NCBI GenBank assembly: GCA_964016885.1
Contig: OZ024744.1
Span: 82,274,001-82,338,000, forward strand
DNA from: Eledone cirrhosa
Lineage: Eukaryota
Direction: 5' to 3'
Length of the DNA: 64,000 nucleotides
A program made the translations under genes and the position numbers. Shown here one piece after another: positions 49,633-64,000 of this stretch. The notes under the pieces are model-generated. The model was given only the letters and a program-made list of their open reading frames with translations. It had not been told where the DNA came from and did not search any database. Within the stretch, counting starts at the first letter, position 1, and each line of letters begins with the position of its first letter.

Positions 49633-51205
49633 TCATTGTTCACGTGAAAGATGAATCTGAAATTATCAATGCTAATAGTGATGAACTATAAGAGGTGGTA
49701 GGATTCATGATATGTGACTCCGGAAGCCATTTTGATCAGACATTAATACTTCAGTGATGGTAATGGTGGCGATTGATGTCACTTTAGGACTTCCGTAGTC
49801 ATGTTCGTAGCAATACTGATGATCTTTACGATAGCGTAAACGATATTTGCTGAGGAGGTTACCTTTAGAAATTCTTTATTATGTTATTATGGTTGTTAGA
49901 TCTTCAAGAATAACTGGAACAATTCTATAAGGTGAAAACCAATAAATGTGCTTCTATTCGGTCGGTCGTCTTACAAAAAAAAAAAAAAAAAAAAAGTTTT
50001 TTTTGGGGGGGGTATCTATATTTAAACTCAGACCAATTCTGAATGAGAAGACTTATAATGGTTTCTGATATTGATACAATGCCAACAATTTCAGGGAAGG
50101 GCAAAGTCGATTAACTTGACCTCAATGCGTGACGTGTACTGTATTATATCGACGCCGTAAGAATGAAAGGTAAAGTTAACCTGGGCGGGATATCAAATCA
50201 AATCTATAATAACAGGAGTCCTAGTGATGAGTAATACACCAACATTCTCTATTATTACACAAAACTCGTAATACTGCACCAACCTACAGCACTAATTTCT
50301 ACGGGTGTAAATGCAATAAACTGTAAAAATACAAGCTAAACATTGAATACATCAAACTTCACAAGTTTAAAAAAGATTTGCAAACGTTTTTAAAATAAAA
50401 ATATTTAAAATGCTGGAATTTTATATATATTACGTCATAAAATACAAAACTAAACGTCATTACATTGGATTGTACAATAACTCACCACATTTCGTTTTAC
50501 CACGAGACACACTACACTTTAAAATATTCGCCTGAAATAAGTACTGTTCACATGACCGACAGAAAAAAATAAATAAAGGAAAATGAATTGAAAGACAGTA
50601 AAAAAAAAAATGATCCCTCAAGGCGGCAAAGTTTTATTTTTGTCGCGTGAAGAACACACACAACCAGAGACTTTGAGTAGCAGCTAAGTGTATCCTCACA
50701 GTATTATTTATTTATTTAGTTAGTTAGTTAGTTACGTGTATGTATGTATGTATGTATGTATGTATGTATGTATGTATGTATGTATGTATGTATGTATGTA
50801 TAACTGGTAACAAAGGGAAAAAACACAGTAGAAAATGGTAGAGGGATTTTTTTAGAATAACATCAAAACATTTACGTACAAAGTAGGTGTTTCCGCATTT
50901 AATTGTACCGGTTTCAGCTCTTTCAACGGCGGAAGTATATAGTGTAGTTAAATTGGATATTGATAAGAATAAGAAATCGAAGGAAAAAAACCGTTAGTTT
51001 TTACATACATATTTAGGGAGAAAAGTTAATACTTTTGTCCGTAGTTTTCTTTCGTTTTCTGTTAGTGTGTAAATATATATATATATAATCAATATCTGGA
51101 AAAATGACAGTGCCCATGACCATCCGGAGTACATAAGTAACCTATGTTTTAAGTTTGGTGAAAATACTGTAGAAATGCATAAGGTTTATACATACGCGCG
51201 TGCGT

Positions 51206-51342
<137 letters not shown>

Positions 51343-52697
51343 CGCGCGTGTGTGTGTGTGTGTGTATTTGTGTGTGCGTATGTATGTGTATATCCGTCGG
51401 GGCATACGTATGTACTGGCCTAAATCTTCACTATTTACTTTTACTATTTTAATAACCTCTGTCATTTTCGTTTTCAATTTTATTTACATCATTCATAAAC
51501 TCCGGGGCTGGAAATCATTCGGTTATTTTAAATAGAATATTAGTCTAACGACTCCATTTATACCATAAACTTGGTCTTGTCTTTGCATGAAATTGTTCTT
51601 TACGCTCCACATAACGATGTATTATCCTCGCTTTTTTCCCGTTCATTGCTAGGGAACGTCTTCACGAACCAAAATATCGTCTTCCTGTTTTCGTTCGGTT
51701 GCAACGTTTCTCGAAATATTTACTTCTGCGTTCACAGATTACTCTCAGTTCAATTTGAATGGGAAATTCCTGTTTCATCGATTTTCTCCGTAACCATGGA
51801 AGCTTGTAGTAGCCAAAAGTTTATTAACAGCGAAATAACTTTGTCTTTGATATGTTATTCTAAATAAGACAATGAATTGAAAAATACTAATTACTGTTAG
51901 TGGTGGTTAACATGTATTAGAAATAATCTGAAAATGATATCTGAAAAAAACGTACTTGAGAACATGACTCCCTTCTTCGCAATTTAAGGGTTTTATTTCT
52001 TTTGATGGAAAACTGTGACTGTTTTCGGTTTGGCATTTCGAAAATGGTACTGCAGAATTGATTTCATAAAACGGTACTGTATGATAGTTTACACTTTAAT
52101 TGCCCTGGTCAGCAAGAGGGGCCTCTATATATTAGATATTTATTAGAAGAGGGGGAAATAACTAACCCCAGTATTAGAACAGGGGTTCGCAATGTAAGGG
52201 TTTTATTTCTTTTGTTAGAAAACAGTTACCTTTTTCGTTTTGGCATTTCGTAAAATTCTACTGCAGAATCGATTTCATAAAACAGTACTGTATGATCGTT
52301 ATAGAATTATTTAAATTTAATATAGAGCAATTGTATTTTAAGAATGAAAATGAAACGTACTGTAGTAGCCAAAAGTTTATTAACAGCGAAATAACGTTGT
52401 CTTTGATATGTTTTTTTAGACAAAAGTATTAGAACAGGGGGAAATAACCGAACACGATAGTTTTGGGGCCCCAGGGACCACATTTTTCAAGTTAGAGATT
52501 TGAAACCTCATCTATTTGCTTCCTTGGTACTTTCTACATAGTTGTGTAAATTTTCATGTCCGTCCGACCGCGTCTACCACCATTTAACCGTGCACATCTG
52601 AATTTCAACCACCGCCCATTTCACAAATATATATTAGATAACGGCGATGAGTTAGTTTTGCGAGGTTTTTGATATGAAATCGTGTGTCGAAACAAAT

Positions 52698-53214
52698 ATT
52701 GTTATACTTGGGGAGGGTCATATTGTAATAATATTGCCAGAATTAATAACAGAACACACTCACTGTTTGGTTGGTTTCGCTTCTGTGTCTTTTATATCGG
52801 TTAATTTAATTTAATTTATTCGGTCCTCAATGTTACTATTGACTGACCAACGGTCAAAAATACAGATACAATACAGATACACATATATATAGTCTAACAA
52901 AGTTCTTTCGTTGCACATCTGCAACTTCATCAGTGGTGCTATTATGTTTCCTCCCGTTGTATTGTATGCCTACGCCATCTTTATTTAGTATGTTTATTTA
53001 TTTATTTATTTATTTATTTATTTTTTTGTCTTCTCTGCGCATGCGTTTGCGTGTGTGTATAGTGTTTTGTTTGATGTGTGTTCGTGTTTGGGCGAAAAAA
53101 TTAAATTAAATTAACCGATATAAAAGACACAGAAGCGAAAATCAACCAAACAGTGAGTGTGTTCTGTTATTAATTCTGGCAATATTACACAAATATGAGC
53201 CTCCCCAAGTATAA

Positions 53215-53218
<4 letters not shown>
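52698..53218. mobile_element. PLE-like fragment with ~120-bp inverted ends and an HHR-like core (52896-52938, minus)
   Basis: 52698-52817 inverted at 53097-53218; CTGATGA-aGTTGCA-TGCAAC-GAAAGAACTT; weak stem I. Confidence 0.65.
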
Positions 53219-53271
<53 letters not shown>

Positions 53272-53445
53272 GTAGGGTGTGGTAAAAACCAGCTAGACGA
53301 TAACCACCAGAGTACTCGATATTTGGGGTAGTAGAGTGGGTAATATGAAAATATTCAGGACCCCGACGGCTGAGCTCCAGCCGTTTGGACAGCTGGCAAC
53401 GGAGTTCAGCCGTCGGGGACCTGAATCTTTTCATATATATATGTA

Positions 53446-53789
<344 letters not shown>

Positions 53790-53827
53790 CCTCATTACAC
53801 AATGCTTCAAGTGAACTATAACCTCCT

Positions 53828-53880
<53 letters not shown>

Positions 53881-54015
53881 CTAAAATATGGTTAATATTA
53901 GCATTAATATTCGAAAATCTCAGATTTACATTACACACACACACTCATATCTATATGTATATATTGTATATATATATATATGTATATATATATGTATATA
54001 TTGTATATATATATG

Positions 54016-54088
<73 letters not shown>

Positions 54089-54229
54089 ATCTGTGCGCAC
54101 ATATGTAAGTATGCATGCATGTATGAATGTATATATTTATGTATGTAATTATGTATGTTTATATGCATGCATGTAAAACAGAAGGGTTTGAAACAAAGGT
54201 GGCAGCAGCAGTAGCAGCAGCAGCAGTAT

Positions 54230-54267
<38 letters not shown>

Positions 54268-54576
54268 ACAGTAATATTAACAGTAGCGCCAGAAGGTAAC
54301 AAAAAGGCAGCGTACGATAGAAAGTACAGCAACAGCAAATACTCGGCCATTTCACAATGTTGTTGTTGATGTCGTCGTCGTCGTTGTCGTTGTCGTTGTT
54401 GTTGTTGTTGATTATATGGTGCTTTACATATTTGCCATTCTTTCCCGTCGTCCTCATTCTTTTCCTGCAATTGGATGGAATGAGAAACGGCGAAGGAGAG
54501 ACGATGTGTTGTTGTCGACTGATGTAAAATAGGAAGACGAACCGTTTTGGGTTATTGGCGGAAGAAATGAGCGAGG

Positions 54577-54702
<126 letters not shown>

Positions 54703-54703
54703 G

Positions 54704-54736
<33 letters not shown>

Positions 54737-54779
54737 GGGAAGAATGACAAAGATAATGGCTGTGTGAAAAAGGGGAAGT

Positions 54780-54819
<40 letters not shown>

Positions 54820-54856
54820 AATAGAATGTGAGTGAGAATGAGAGAGATAGAGATAG

Positions 54857-54933
<77 letters not shown>

Positions 54934-54989
54934 ATAGATAGGTAGATAGATATATGTATAAATAGATACATAGATAGATAGATAGATAT

Positions 54990-55081
54990 ATTACTTTATT
55001 TGTCACAAGGGAGCACAAGAAAAGGGGACAATACAGGACATATGCCGGGGATTTTACATACAGTCGTGAATATAGAGAGAC

Positions 55082-55124
<43 letters not shown>

Positions 55125-55250
55125 CAGATAGATAGATAGATTTCTTTATTTGCCACAGGGGCGTACAAAAATAGGGACATTACAAGACGTGATGGTGGGG
55201 GTGTTACATAAAAATCATATAACTTTAACATTAATAAATAACAATAAACT
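54990..55250 (-). mobile_element. Two 3' stubs of (GATA)n-associated Tx1 LINEs
   Basis: CCCTTGTGACAAATAAAG and GCCCCTGTGGCAAATAAAGAAA each followed by (TCTA)n. Confidence 0.7.
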
Positions 55251-55271
55251 ATATGATAGATAGACAGACAC

Positions 55272-55382
<111 letters not shown>

Positions 55383-55810
55383 AAGAGGATGATGCTGGGT
55401 TTTTAAAAACCAGGCGGTGATGTGAAATGAACATGTTAGTAGACATCATTTTACTTGTTTGATAGAAACCAGATGTTTAGAAGTAGGCAGTTGAGATGGC
55501 AATCTCAGATGTTTGCCTGCCTATGACGAAGGTAATAAATAATGTGACATGCTGGACTAATGTCATAAAAAAAAAAATTAACATCCAGAAAAAAGCAAAA
55601 AAACAAAAAAACAACAATAAACGACCAACCAACCAAACAACAACAACAACAAACAAAGAAAATCCAAACAAAATAAACCAATCTATGTATTTGAGAACAA
55701 AAAAAGTTCTTATCCATGCATACATTTTGACATTTCTTTCTTTCTTCCTCCTATCATTCTAGAGTCCCTTTCTCCTTGTTGTATAAACAAAACAAATTAT
55801 TATTATTATA

Positions 55811-56250
55811 TCGGTAGAGGGTCGGGCGCCATCCTTTGAAGTATAGAGTTACCTCCCTTTATGATCTGAGTTCAAATCCCGCCGAGGTTAACTTTGCCTT
55901 TCATCCTTACGGGGTCGATAAAATAAAGTACCAGTAATGCACTGGGTAATTGCTGGCCTTGTGCCAAAAGTAGAAATAATTATTATTGGTGAATTGGCAG
56001 TATCAGTAGAGGTCTCAGACGCCATGCTTTGCAGCAAAGAGTTACGGCCCTTTATGGTCTGAGTTCAAATCACGCCGAGGTTAACTTTGCTTTTCATCCT
56101 TACTTGGTCGATTAAATAAGGTACCAGTAATGTACTGAGGGTTATTGCTGGCCTTGTGCCAAAAGTAGAAACAATTATTATTAAGTGTTATCATCCTCAG
56201 CATCATCATGACCATCATAATAATCATGACACCACCATCATCACCATCAT

Positions 56251-56282
<32 letters not shown>

Positions 56283-56289
56283 CCATCAT

Positions 56290-56321
<32 letters not shown>

Positions 56322-57197
56322 ACATCATTACTATTATTATCTTGTTTTTAAATGTTTAAATGTTTTCTTTGTCCCTGTTATATATTTTATTTTACCCTCA
56401 ACCCCCCCACCCCCCACACACACTGCATCGTCCTGTGTTGTCTTTACTGTTTCCTTAATGTGAGCCCTCTGTAGATTGGTAGTATCAGTAGAGCGTCGGA
56501 CACAATGTTTTGCAGCATAGAGTTACGACTCTACGTTCTGAGTTCAAATCCCGCCGAGGTTAACTTTGCCTTTCATCCTTACGGGGTCGATAAATAAAGT
56601 ACCAGTAACGTACTGGGGTTGATTTAATCAAGCCCCTCCCCCTCAAATCACTGGCCTTGTGCCTATACTAGAAATCATTATTAATTTTATTAATTTTATG
56701 GCGGTGGATTGGCAGTATCGGTAGAGAGTCGGACGCCATGCTTTGACGCATAGAGTTACGGCCCTTGCCATTCTGAATTCAAATCCCGCCGAGGTTAACT
56801 TGGCCTTTCATCCTTACGGGGTCGATAAAATAAAGTACCAGTAATGCACTGGGTATTGTTGGCCTTGTACCAAAAGTAGAAACAATTATTAATTTTATTC
56901 AGATTTCGTAATTTAAATACTTTATATTTTAGATTTTTCACGAATTTAAATTTTCGAATATTATTTAAACTGAGTTCAAATCCCGCCGAGGTTAACTTTG
57001 CCTTTCATCCTTACGGGGTCGATAAAATAAAGTACCAGTAATGTACTGGGTAATTTGCTGGCCTTGTGCCAATGGTAGAAACAATTATTTAAATAACGAA
57101 GAAAAATAATTGTTTCTACTTTTGGCACAAGGCCAGCAATTACACCAGTGCATTACTGGTACTTTATTTTATCGACCCCGTAAGGATGAAAGGCAAA
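55811..57197. mobile_element. Cluster of six SINE A copies (five plus, one minus)
   Basis: 55811-55977, 55988-56172, 56470-56675, 56699-56885, 56968-57085 (+); 57108-57197 (-). Confidence 0.85.
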
Positions 57198-58562
57198 AAA
57201 TAATATGACCATAGTTAACAATTATATAAACAACAACATCTACCAACGGCCTCAATATCGCCATCGGAATCAACAGTGTAGCAGCAGCAGCAGCAGCAAC
57301 ATCAGCAGCATCAGCAGCATCAGCAGCAGCATCAGCAGCATCAGCAGCATCAGCATCATCAGCATCATCAGCATCAGCAACAGCAGCAACGCGTGATCAA
57401 CAACACCGGCAACAATGAGAACAAACATACAGCAACAAAATCAAAAACAAAAAAAAACAAACAAACAATATCAACATAGTTAACAACAACGGTAAAGGAT
57501 AACAACATCAGCATCAACATCATCGATAGTTTTATCAACATCCCTCATCTAGGGCATCAACAACAATTTGAACGGGAACAGCATTGAAATAATGAGTGTG
57601 CCTTTACATAGTCAACCGACTTGCTAGAAATAGATGTTAAATATATCTCAAAGTACACTTGACTATCTTAAATCAGGAAGCGACTCGATAGATTAGGTAG
57701 TCTCAGATATACAGGGTGGGCCTCACATCTGGCAAACCAAAGCATTAAATGTGTTAATGTATTAGCTGTATTAACAAAGAACTGAAATATCGCTTACATT
57801 TAATTTAATCACAATCGTCTTTTTGTGTTGCGAGTCACCTCTTTCTCCCTAGACAAAACGGAGGTAGAGAAATGATCAAACGTGAACTGTCGCGCAAAGT
57901 GTCAGCCATTGGACTCAATCAGTATCATAGGTGTACAAAAAACATGAAATGAAATAGAACACACAGCGATACATATGTCCAACAAACGGAACGCGTTCAG
58001 TAGCCTTTAAATATCTTCTCTGTGTAAGTTCATTCAAACTAACGTAATTTTGCTTGGAAAGGTTGCACGGAAGAATTAATTTATTCTGTAAACATGTCCC
58101 AACTCCGACCCACAACCAAAGATAATAAAATAGTTTTAAAGTAAATGAGAGACATCTTAGAATTAAAATAAAAACGAAATAGAATATATGACAGGTACGA
58201 CTGCACAGTAACAGAAAAGTTTAACAAATGCATTGATGCCAACAGATCCAGTAGTATGAGACATTTAAAGATATTAAACAAATATACGAAGCCGTAGAGA
58301 TATTGAATCTAGGTAACAACAAAGTCCAATAAAAAAACTCCATAAAATACCCCCCCCCCCCAGAATAAAAAAAAACGAAACGAAACAACTACGAGATCGC
58401 AGTCATCAGAAAAAATGTAGAATTGCTTAATATAAATCAGTTGGAGAAGGTTGCTTCTGACAGGACCCGCTGGAAGGAGTGTTTGAAGACTCTACCCCCA
58501 CGACCCTCTGAGGAATATGAGGCCGAATAATAATAATGATAATAATAATAATAATAATAGTG

Positions 58563-61500
58563 ATTTCATTTATTAGCCTCAAGGGCCGACATGTAGGGGA
58601 CAATACAAAGATTGGGACAGTGGGGTTTACAATAAGGTCTAGTAAAAGTGCACAATGGCAAGATTAATTTAACAATGTAGATATAAAAAATATAAAACAA
58701 ACTATGCATAAATATAACAAAATAAATTCCCCTATAGGGGGTGGACGACCCAGGGGTGACTCAGTTACCCCACCAATCCTGAACCACCCTGCGCTTCTAG
58801 GGCACCCAGGGAGAGCACCCCTCTCCTTAAGTTAGCTAGACTATAGGCGCATGGTCAGAGTATTCACACCTTTTATCAAATGATACTGGGGGAGGGGGGC
58901 GCACTTCTCTCTCCACCCTCACCTTCCTTTCCAGGTGAAACTTTAAGAAGTCTCGATCTCTTCTTGACCCAGGACTGCAGCTCAGTCAAATAAGAGAGCT
59001 GCGGAAAGGCCCGTCTGATAAACGGCGACCACACCTATTCACCGTTCGTTTAGGCAGAATATCTGGAGCTGTCGCAGCCTCAGCGAATGTCTGCGCATCA
59101 TTAGCCACGGCATGCCCAGCCCTCCGCGTAGAGAGTGCTGGCAGCAGATGGACCGCCTCACCAACAGAACGTGTCCTATCCACAAGAATTTGAAGAGGAG
59201 ACGTTCCAACTTGACGAGGCCCGGACGGGGGAAAGGTACGACAGTCAGACGGTAGTAGATGACGGATGAGATGTACGCATTCGCCACCTCCGCGTGACAT
59301 TTCAGTGATAGCTTCCTCCCAGACCATTTTTGGGTGAGACTGGCTACACTGCTGGTTACCTCGTCCCAATTCTTTTCACCTGGAGGTCTGGTCTGAACCA
59401 AACCCCGAGCAACTTTACCAGTCCGTCTGTCCAGCGCCCCACGACGCTGTTGGAACGGCATAGGCTTGCCTCTCCAGGTTCCGAGCTGCAAGCCCACCGA
59501 CTTTTCCGGGTTAAGTTTTGCTCCTGTCAACCTTTCATATTCCTCCAATAAGGTGCCGACCACCTCGATTTCTGAGGTGTCCGACACCATCACGGTGATG
59601 TCGTCCGCATAAGCCGACACCGCCTTTCCACGTCACAGAACTGGGAATACTCCCATTCTGCTGCCAGTTGCAGTAGAGTGCTTCGAGGAGATCGGAAAAC
59701 AAGTCTGGCATATTTACGTAAAGCTCGTAGGGTAGGCCACCCAAACCGGGTGATTTGCGTCTCATGCAGACGACAAGGGCGTCCTGAATTTCGGCTGAAG
59801 TAATCGGCCTTTCGCAGCGCTCAGCGTCGACCATCGAGATGCGCGGCAAGTCGTCAAGGTAGGGACTTAAATCCGCTACCCTCTCTGACTCGCCACTCTC
59901 CCCGAACAACCGAGCAAAGTGCTGGCGAAAGGCCTCACACATCCGCTTGGAATCGCTTATCTCGTGTCCGTCTCGGTCCGCCAAAGACCGAATTGTAGTT
60001 TTATTACCACGCTGCGCCTCCGCCACGCGGACCCATCGAACAGCTTTGGTTCCCTCGTTTCTCAGCGCACGCGCCTTAGCTCTGACAATGCAACCTTCAT
60101 GTTTCGCATTGAAGAAATGGTCTAATGCCATTCTCGCCGCTAGCACATCAGTTGCAATGCCACTACAAATAGCCTCGTCTAACTTATCTACCAGCTCCCC
60201 CTCCTTTCTATTTTTCTCTAACGCTAGTTCTTTGCTGAACTCTATCGAAGTTACTCTAATTTCTCTTTTGAGAGCCCCCACCATCTGTTGTTGATGATCC
60301 CCCCTGTCAACTTTTGCTTAACTAAATTGTTGACTCGGTCCCTGTAAATAGATCACAAATTTGTGATCTGAATAGGCGACCGTTTTAAAAAGTGGGCAGC
60401 CTACACTATTTCTATCTATTTTCCTAATGAAGATCCTGTCTATATACGATCTAGATGACCCCATTCGGTTGGTCCATGTCCATACTGGCACATTGGGGAA
60501 ATCTAGTCGATACCTGTCAGACAGTTGGAACTGGCTGAGTAGGTGCTTGAGGCTTTTGCACCCCCCGCTCCTATCAGCTACTTCCACACAATCCCAGCGT
60601 GCGTCTAAGATGCCATTCCAGTCCCCCGCTAACAGTAATGGGCGAGACGTACCCAGAAAGGTCTCTAGGCTCCTAAAGAAGTCCGGTCGTCCGTCCCCTG
60701 TAGGGGCGTAGACGGCCAGCAGTTTAAAGGCACCACCTTCGCTACTGCTCACATCCAAGACCACCAACTTACCGTCCGGGTCCCGGAAGATCGACCTTCC
60801 CTTGAGATCCAATCCTTTCCTAAACAGCACTGCCACCCCACCTCCCATTCCCGACCTGCTAACAGATGCGAAGATCTGATAGTGGTCGAAAATGGGGGCT
60901 AGTGTCGGAAATTCTGGTCTCGCTGACGGCAACAACATCCATTTCCAGCGACCTGAGGTCGTTGAGCAGCGGACCCTGCTTCCAGGGTGACCCCAGGCCG
61001 CGAACATTTAAACTTCCTACTCTTAATATGGCCATGTTGGCAAGCTAAAAGAGAGAAGGAAGGTTACTTACCTCCCGGGGTCTTGTGAAGGTCGGGTGGT
61101 ATTACCTCCATGGTTGGTAGGGCTTCTTTTGGGAACCCCTTTAAAAGTCTCGATGTGGGTTTCACATTCGGGGTTGCCACGTCTTGAGGAAAGCTCTCCC
61201 GAATTTCTTTGAAGGAATCGAGTGACATTCGGACCAGAAGCAAATCTTCTGGCACGCAAAATGTGCTCATTTCAAATATCTCCTCCTCTGTTTGAATGTC
61301 CTCGCTTCGTTCTAAGAGGGCCATCAGTTTATCGTTGGCTCTTCTAACAAGCACGAAGTTTTTAACATTTTGTTGGTGTGGTTTTATTTGTGTTGTTTGG
61401 TGACTGTGGTGGTGATGTTTTTGGTGGTGTTGTTTCGGGTATGTCTGTGTTTGTTGTAGGTGTGGTGTCTGCAATTTCAGGTATTTGTGTGTTTATTTGT

Positions 61501-62640
61501 ACTTGTGTTTGTTTAGGTTGTTTGCGTTTCGGGGATTGTGGGGGTGGTGTCGATGTTACTGTTGGTGCTGATGTTATTGGGGAAGTGTTTGCGTTAGTGG
61601 TGTCTGTATCTTTTGTTGTGTATGTTTTTGTGTTTTGTTGGGGCTTTTTTGGTGAGCGTTCTCTGTTTTTTTTGCACTTTTTTCCTTCATCTTCACTGTG
61701 TCTGTGTGTGCGTTTATTGTTTTGTCTATGTGTATAATTGGAGGGGTAGGGGAGTGGGAGAGCTGTCCTCGTTTTCCCCTTGGGTTGGTTTCGGTATTGG
61801 TAGTGGTCCGGCTGTTTTTGATGTTGGTGTCCGTGTCTTTGTTGGTCTTGTTTTTGGTGGTGGTGGTGCAGCTTTCCGTGCTGACACTGGCGTTGGCAAC
61901 AAAGGAGGTTTGCGACCCCCTGTATTTTTGAGTTGAGGCTAGAAGGCTTGCAGATGTGTTGCTTCCCCGCAGACGAAGCAGTGTGGCCTTCTGCCCTCAC
62001 TGATTAGTTGGATTGTTGTCCCGTCCTGCAGGCGGGCAAAATCCGGGATGTTGTTCATGTCCTCCGGTTTCATTTGGAGAAGAATCTCTAAATCCATTCC
62101 GGACCAGTCTTCTCTCTCTGTCCTTTTGATATCCAGGAGGGTAGTGTCTGTCCCCTCCTCGATTACGCATCCCAGCAGCCACCATATGTTCATTCCTGGT
62201 GGGATGCTGGGAATGCGGACCTTTACTGTCCTTTTACCCATGTAGGACGGGTGCATGATAATGCCTTCCGTTCTGCAGGGGGTTAATAGCAAGGGCCTCG
62301 GTTTTGAACAGTACCGAGATGGTACCGAACGGTTTGGCTCTGGATTTATACTCTATGTCACTTCCGATGCACTCCAAAGCAGCCTCGACGTCTGCTTGGC
62401 TGGCAAGTTCCACTTTTCGTGTCTGCACCGAAATGCATCGAAAGTATACCGTCCTCCTTTGCATGGCCGCTATTATCCCGTCCGGGATGGTCAGGTTTGC
62501 CCAGGACTTCTCCCGTTTAATTAGCCTCCACGCCTTGGCCGACTGTTCGTCTTTATCGCTAATATCAATATCCAATAAGCGCTTTGTTTTTGCTGCTGCT
62601 GCAGAAGAAGAAGAAAACATGAAATTACAAAGTTCTGGTT
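58563..62640 (-). mobile_element. Tx1-like LINE copy 3, divergent and internally deleted, 3' end in (TAA)n
   Basis: ORF1 EGRRPHCFVCGEATH; APE GDWN/SDH; RT jumps from SVTW to SAYADD (deletion). Confidence 0.85.
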
Positions 62641-62689
62641 AAAAGAATGAAATGAATATTTATATGTAGCCTTCAATAGAATGATAATA

Positions 62690-62850
62690 ATAGGTTCAAG
62701 ACTAGCAATCTTTTGGTGGTGGTGGTGGTGGTTTGATCAATAAATCGATCTAGTACGTGACTGGCTGGTACTTTATTTTAGTGATACCAGAAGGATGAAA
62801 GGCAACATTGACTTTAGCGGTATTTGAACTAAGAGCGTAAAGTACCAGAA
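62690..62850 (-). mobile_element. Degenerate SINE A
   Basis: GGTACTTTATTT..GAAGGATGAAAGGCAA..TTTGAACT; similar remnants at 50055-50200 and 63530-63650. Confidence 0.6.
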
Positions 62851-64000
62851 GAAAAGGCATAACAGACATAAGAAGCGATAATGTAATTACCTGGAAACCC
62901 TCCAAAATAAGCTAACTAAACTTGTTCATCAACAACTATATAAAACACTGACATCTAATTGTCAATAGGCTGGTTGGTGATCTGAAGAATAATAATATAT
63001 TTCTGGGGAGTATATGGTGGTTTCGTTAGTGAATGAATAGTGGTATTGATGGCAAATCAGTTAATTATCGAAGACAATGAGAAAAGGGGAAAATACCAAA
63101 TTATGACACATTATGATTACCGAAGAGTCTTTTACAGCTAACCACCGCCTTGTAGACATTGAATATATATTATTAAAACTAGTATTAAGAACAGTGTATC
63201 AGCTATGTTATAAAAAAACCCATCAATTATATAATCATTTTCCTTAGAGGTTTATTCCTCTTGCACGACCTGCTTGTCTACAAACTTACAGCAGAAGAAT
63301 TATTCTGTCACGCACCTAGGTCTTATCTCAGGTCAGCAACCAAGGTCTGTGGTTGTTGGTTGGAGAAAACATAATCATATATCCTTTTTAATTTTTCAGT
63401 TATTTGACTGTGGCCATGCTAAGGTAGCACCATGTATTCAAATACAATAGCATTAAAATAAAGTGAACAATATTCTGAAATCAAAATAACTACGATGCAA
63501 AGCAAAGAAACATATGATACGGCTGCCCAAGTCACTCAAATCGACACCAGTACTTGACTGAACTATTTTATGACTATCGAAGAATAATAACAGAGAATGT
63601 AGACCTGGTGGGATATCAGAACGTAAAGGGACGTAACTAGTTGCTGCAAGATTTTAAATGTAATCCATCGTTGCAATTTTTATATACTTTACAAGGAACC
63701 AACTTACTATCTTAGATTCAATAATAAAAACGTACATAATTACAAAATAAAACTTCACAGTACAAAAATCAGACAACTGATTCCCACTACTCATTTGTCT
63801 ATACATAGCTCCGCTGGGAAATTTGCTTAATGAAACCAACCTTTTATATACATGCTATAGGTAAACTATAACCCCTTCCTCCTATATATGGATGATTTCA
63901 AAATTGCTGTACTATACGGCACCCAACTACATGTTCTTATTCGTATGTTTCATAGCATAGATAAGATAGAGCCTGTAGGAATGGAAACAAATTAGAAAAG

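Noticed and set aside
51800-52600. Local duplications (51806/52361, 51975/52186) suggesting a DNA transposon
   Set aside because: No terminal repeats or coding remnant identified
55483-55523. Hairpin GTAGGCAG..TGAGAT/ATCTCA..CTGCCTAT as a possible pre-miRNA
   Set aside because: Too short and asymmetric; no recognised mature miRNA
57713-57960. TA-CAGGGTGGGCC mariner-like end
   Set aside because: No matching second TIR found

Overview
AT-rich, microsatellite-dense eukaryotic DNA. The repeat content suggests a coleoid cephalopod such as Octopus; this is inference only. No confident host gene was found. The main result is an unusual density of type I hammerhead ribozymes (HHRs). A 3.9-kb head-to-head array of a near-identical 310-bp unit carries 13 minimal HHRs (26860-30787) and looks like a non-LTR retrozyme. 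A second ~560-bp HHR unit is arranged tandem plus inverted (40776-42322). About ten further intact or degenerate HHRs occur in Penelope-like (PLE) fragments, including long-stem-II forms and a U3-A8 core variant. Truncated Naiad-like and Neptune-like PLEs, possible mobilising partners, lie nearby. The window also holds three Tx1-like LINEs (one nearly intact), R4/Dong-like and RTE-like remnants, many tRNA-derived SINEs, a MITE and large mini/microsatellites. Each retroelement family appears to sit in its own microsatellite type.
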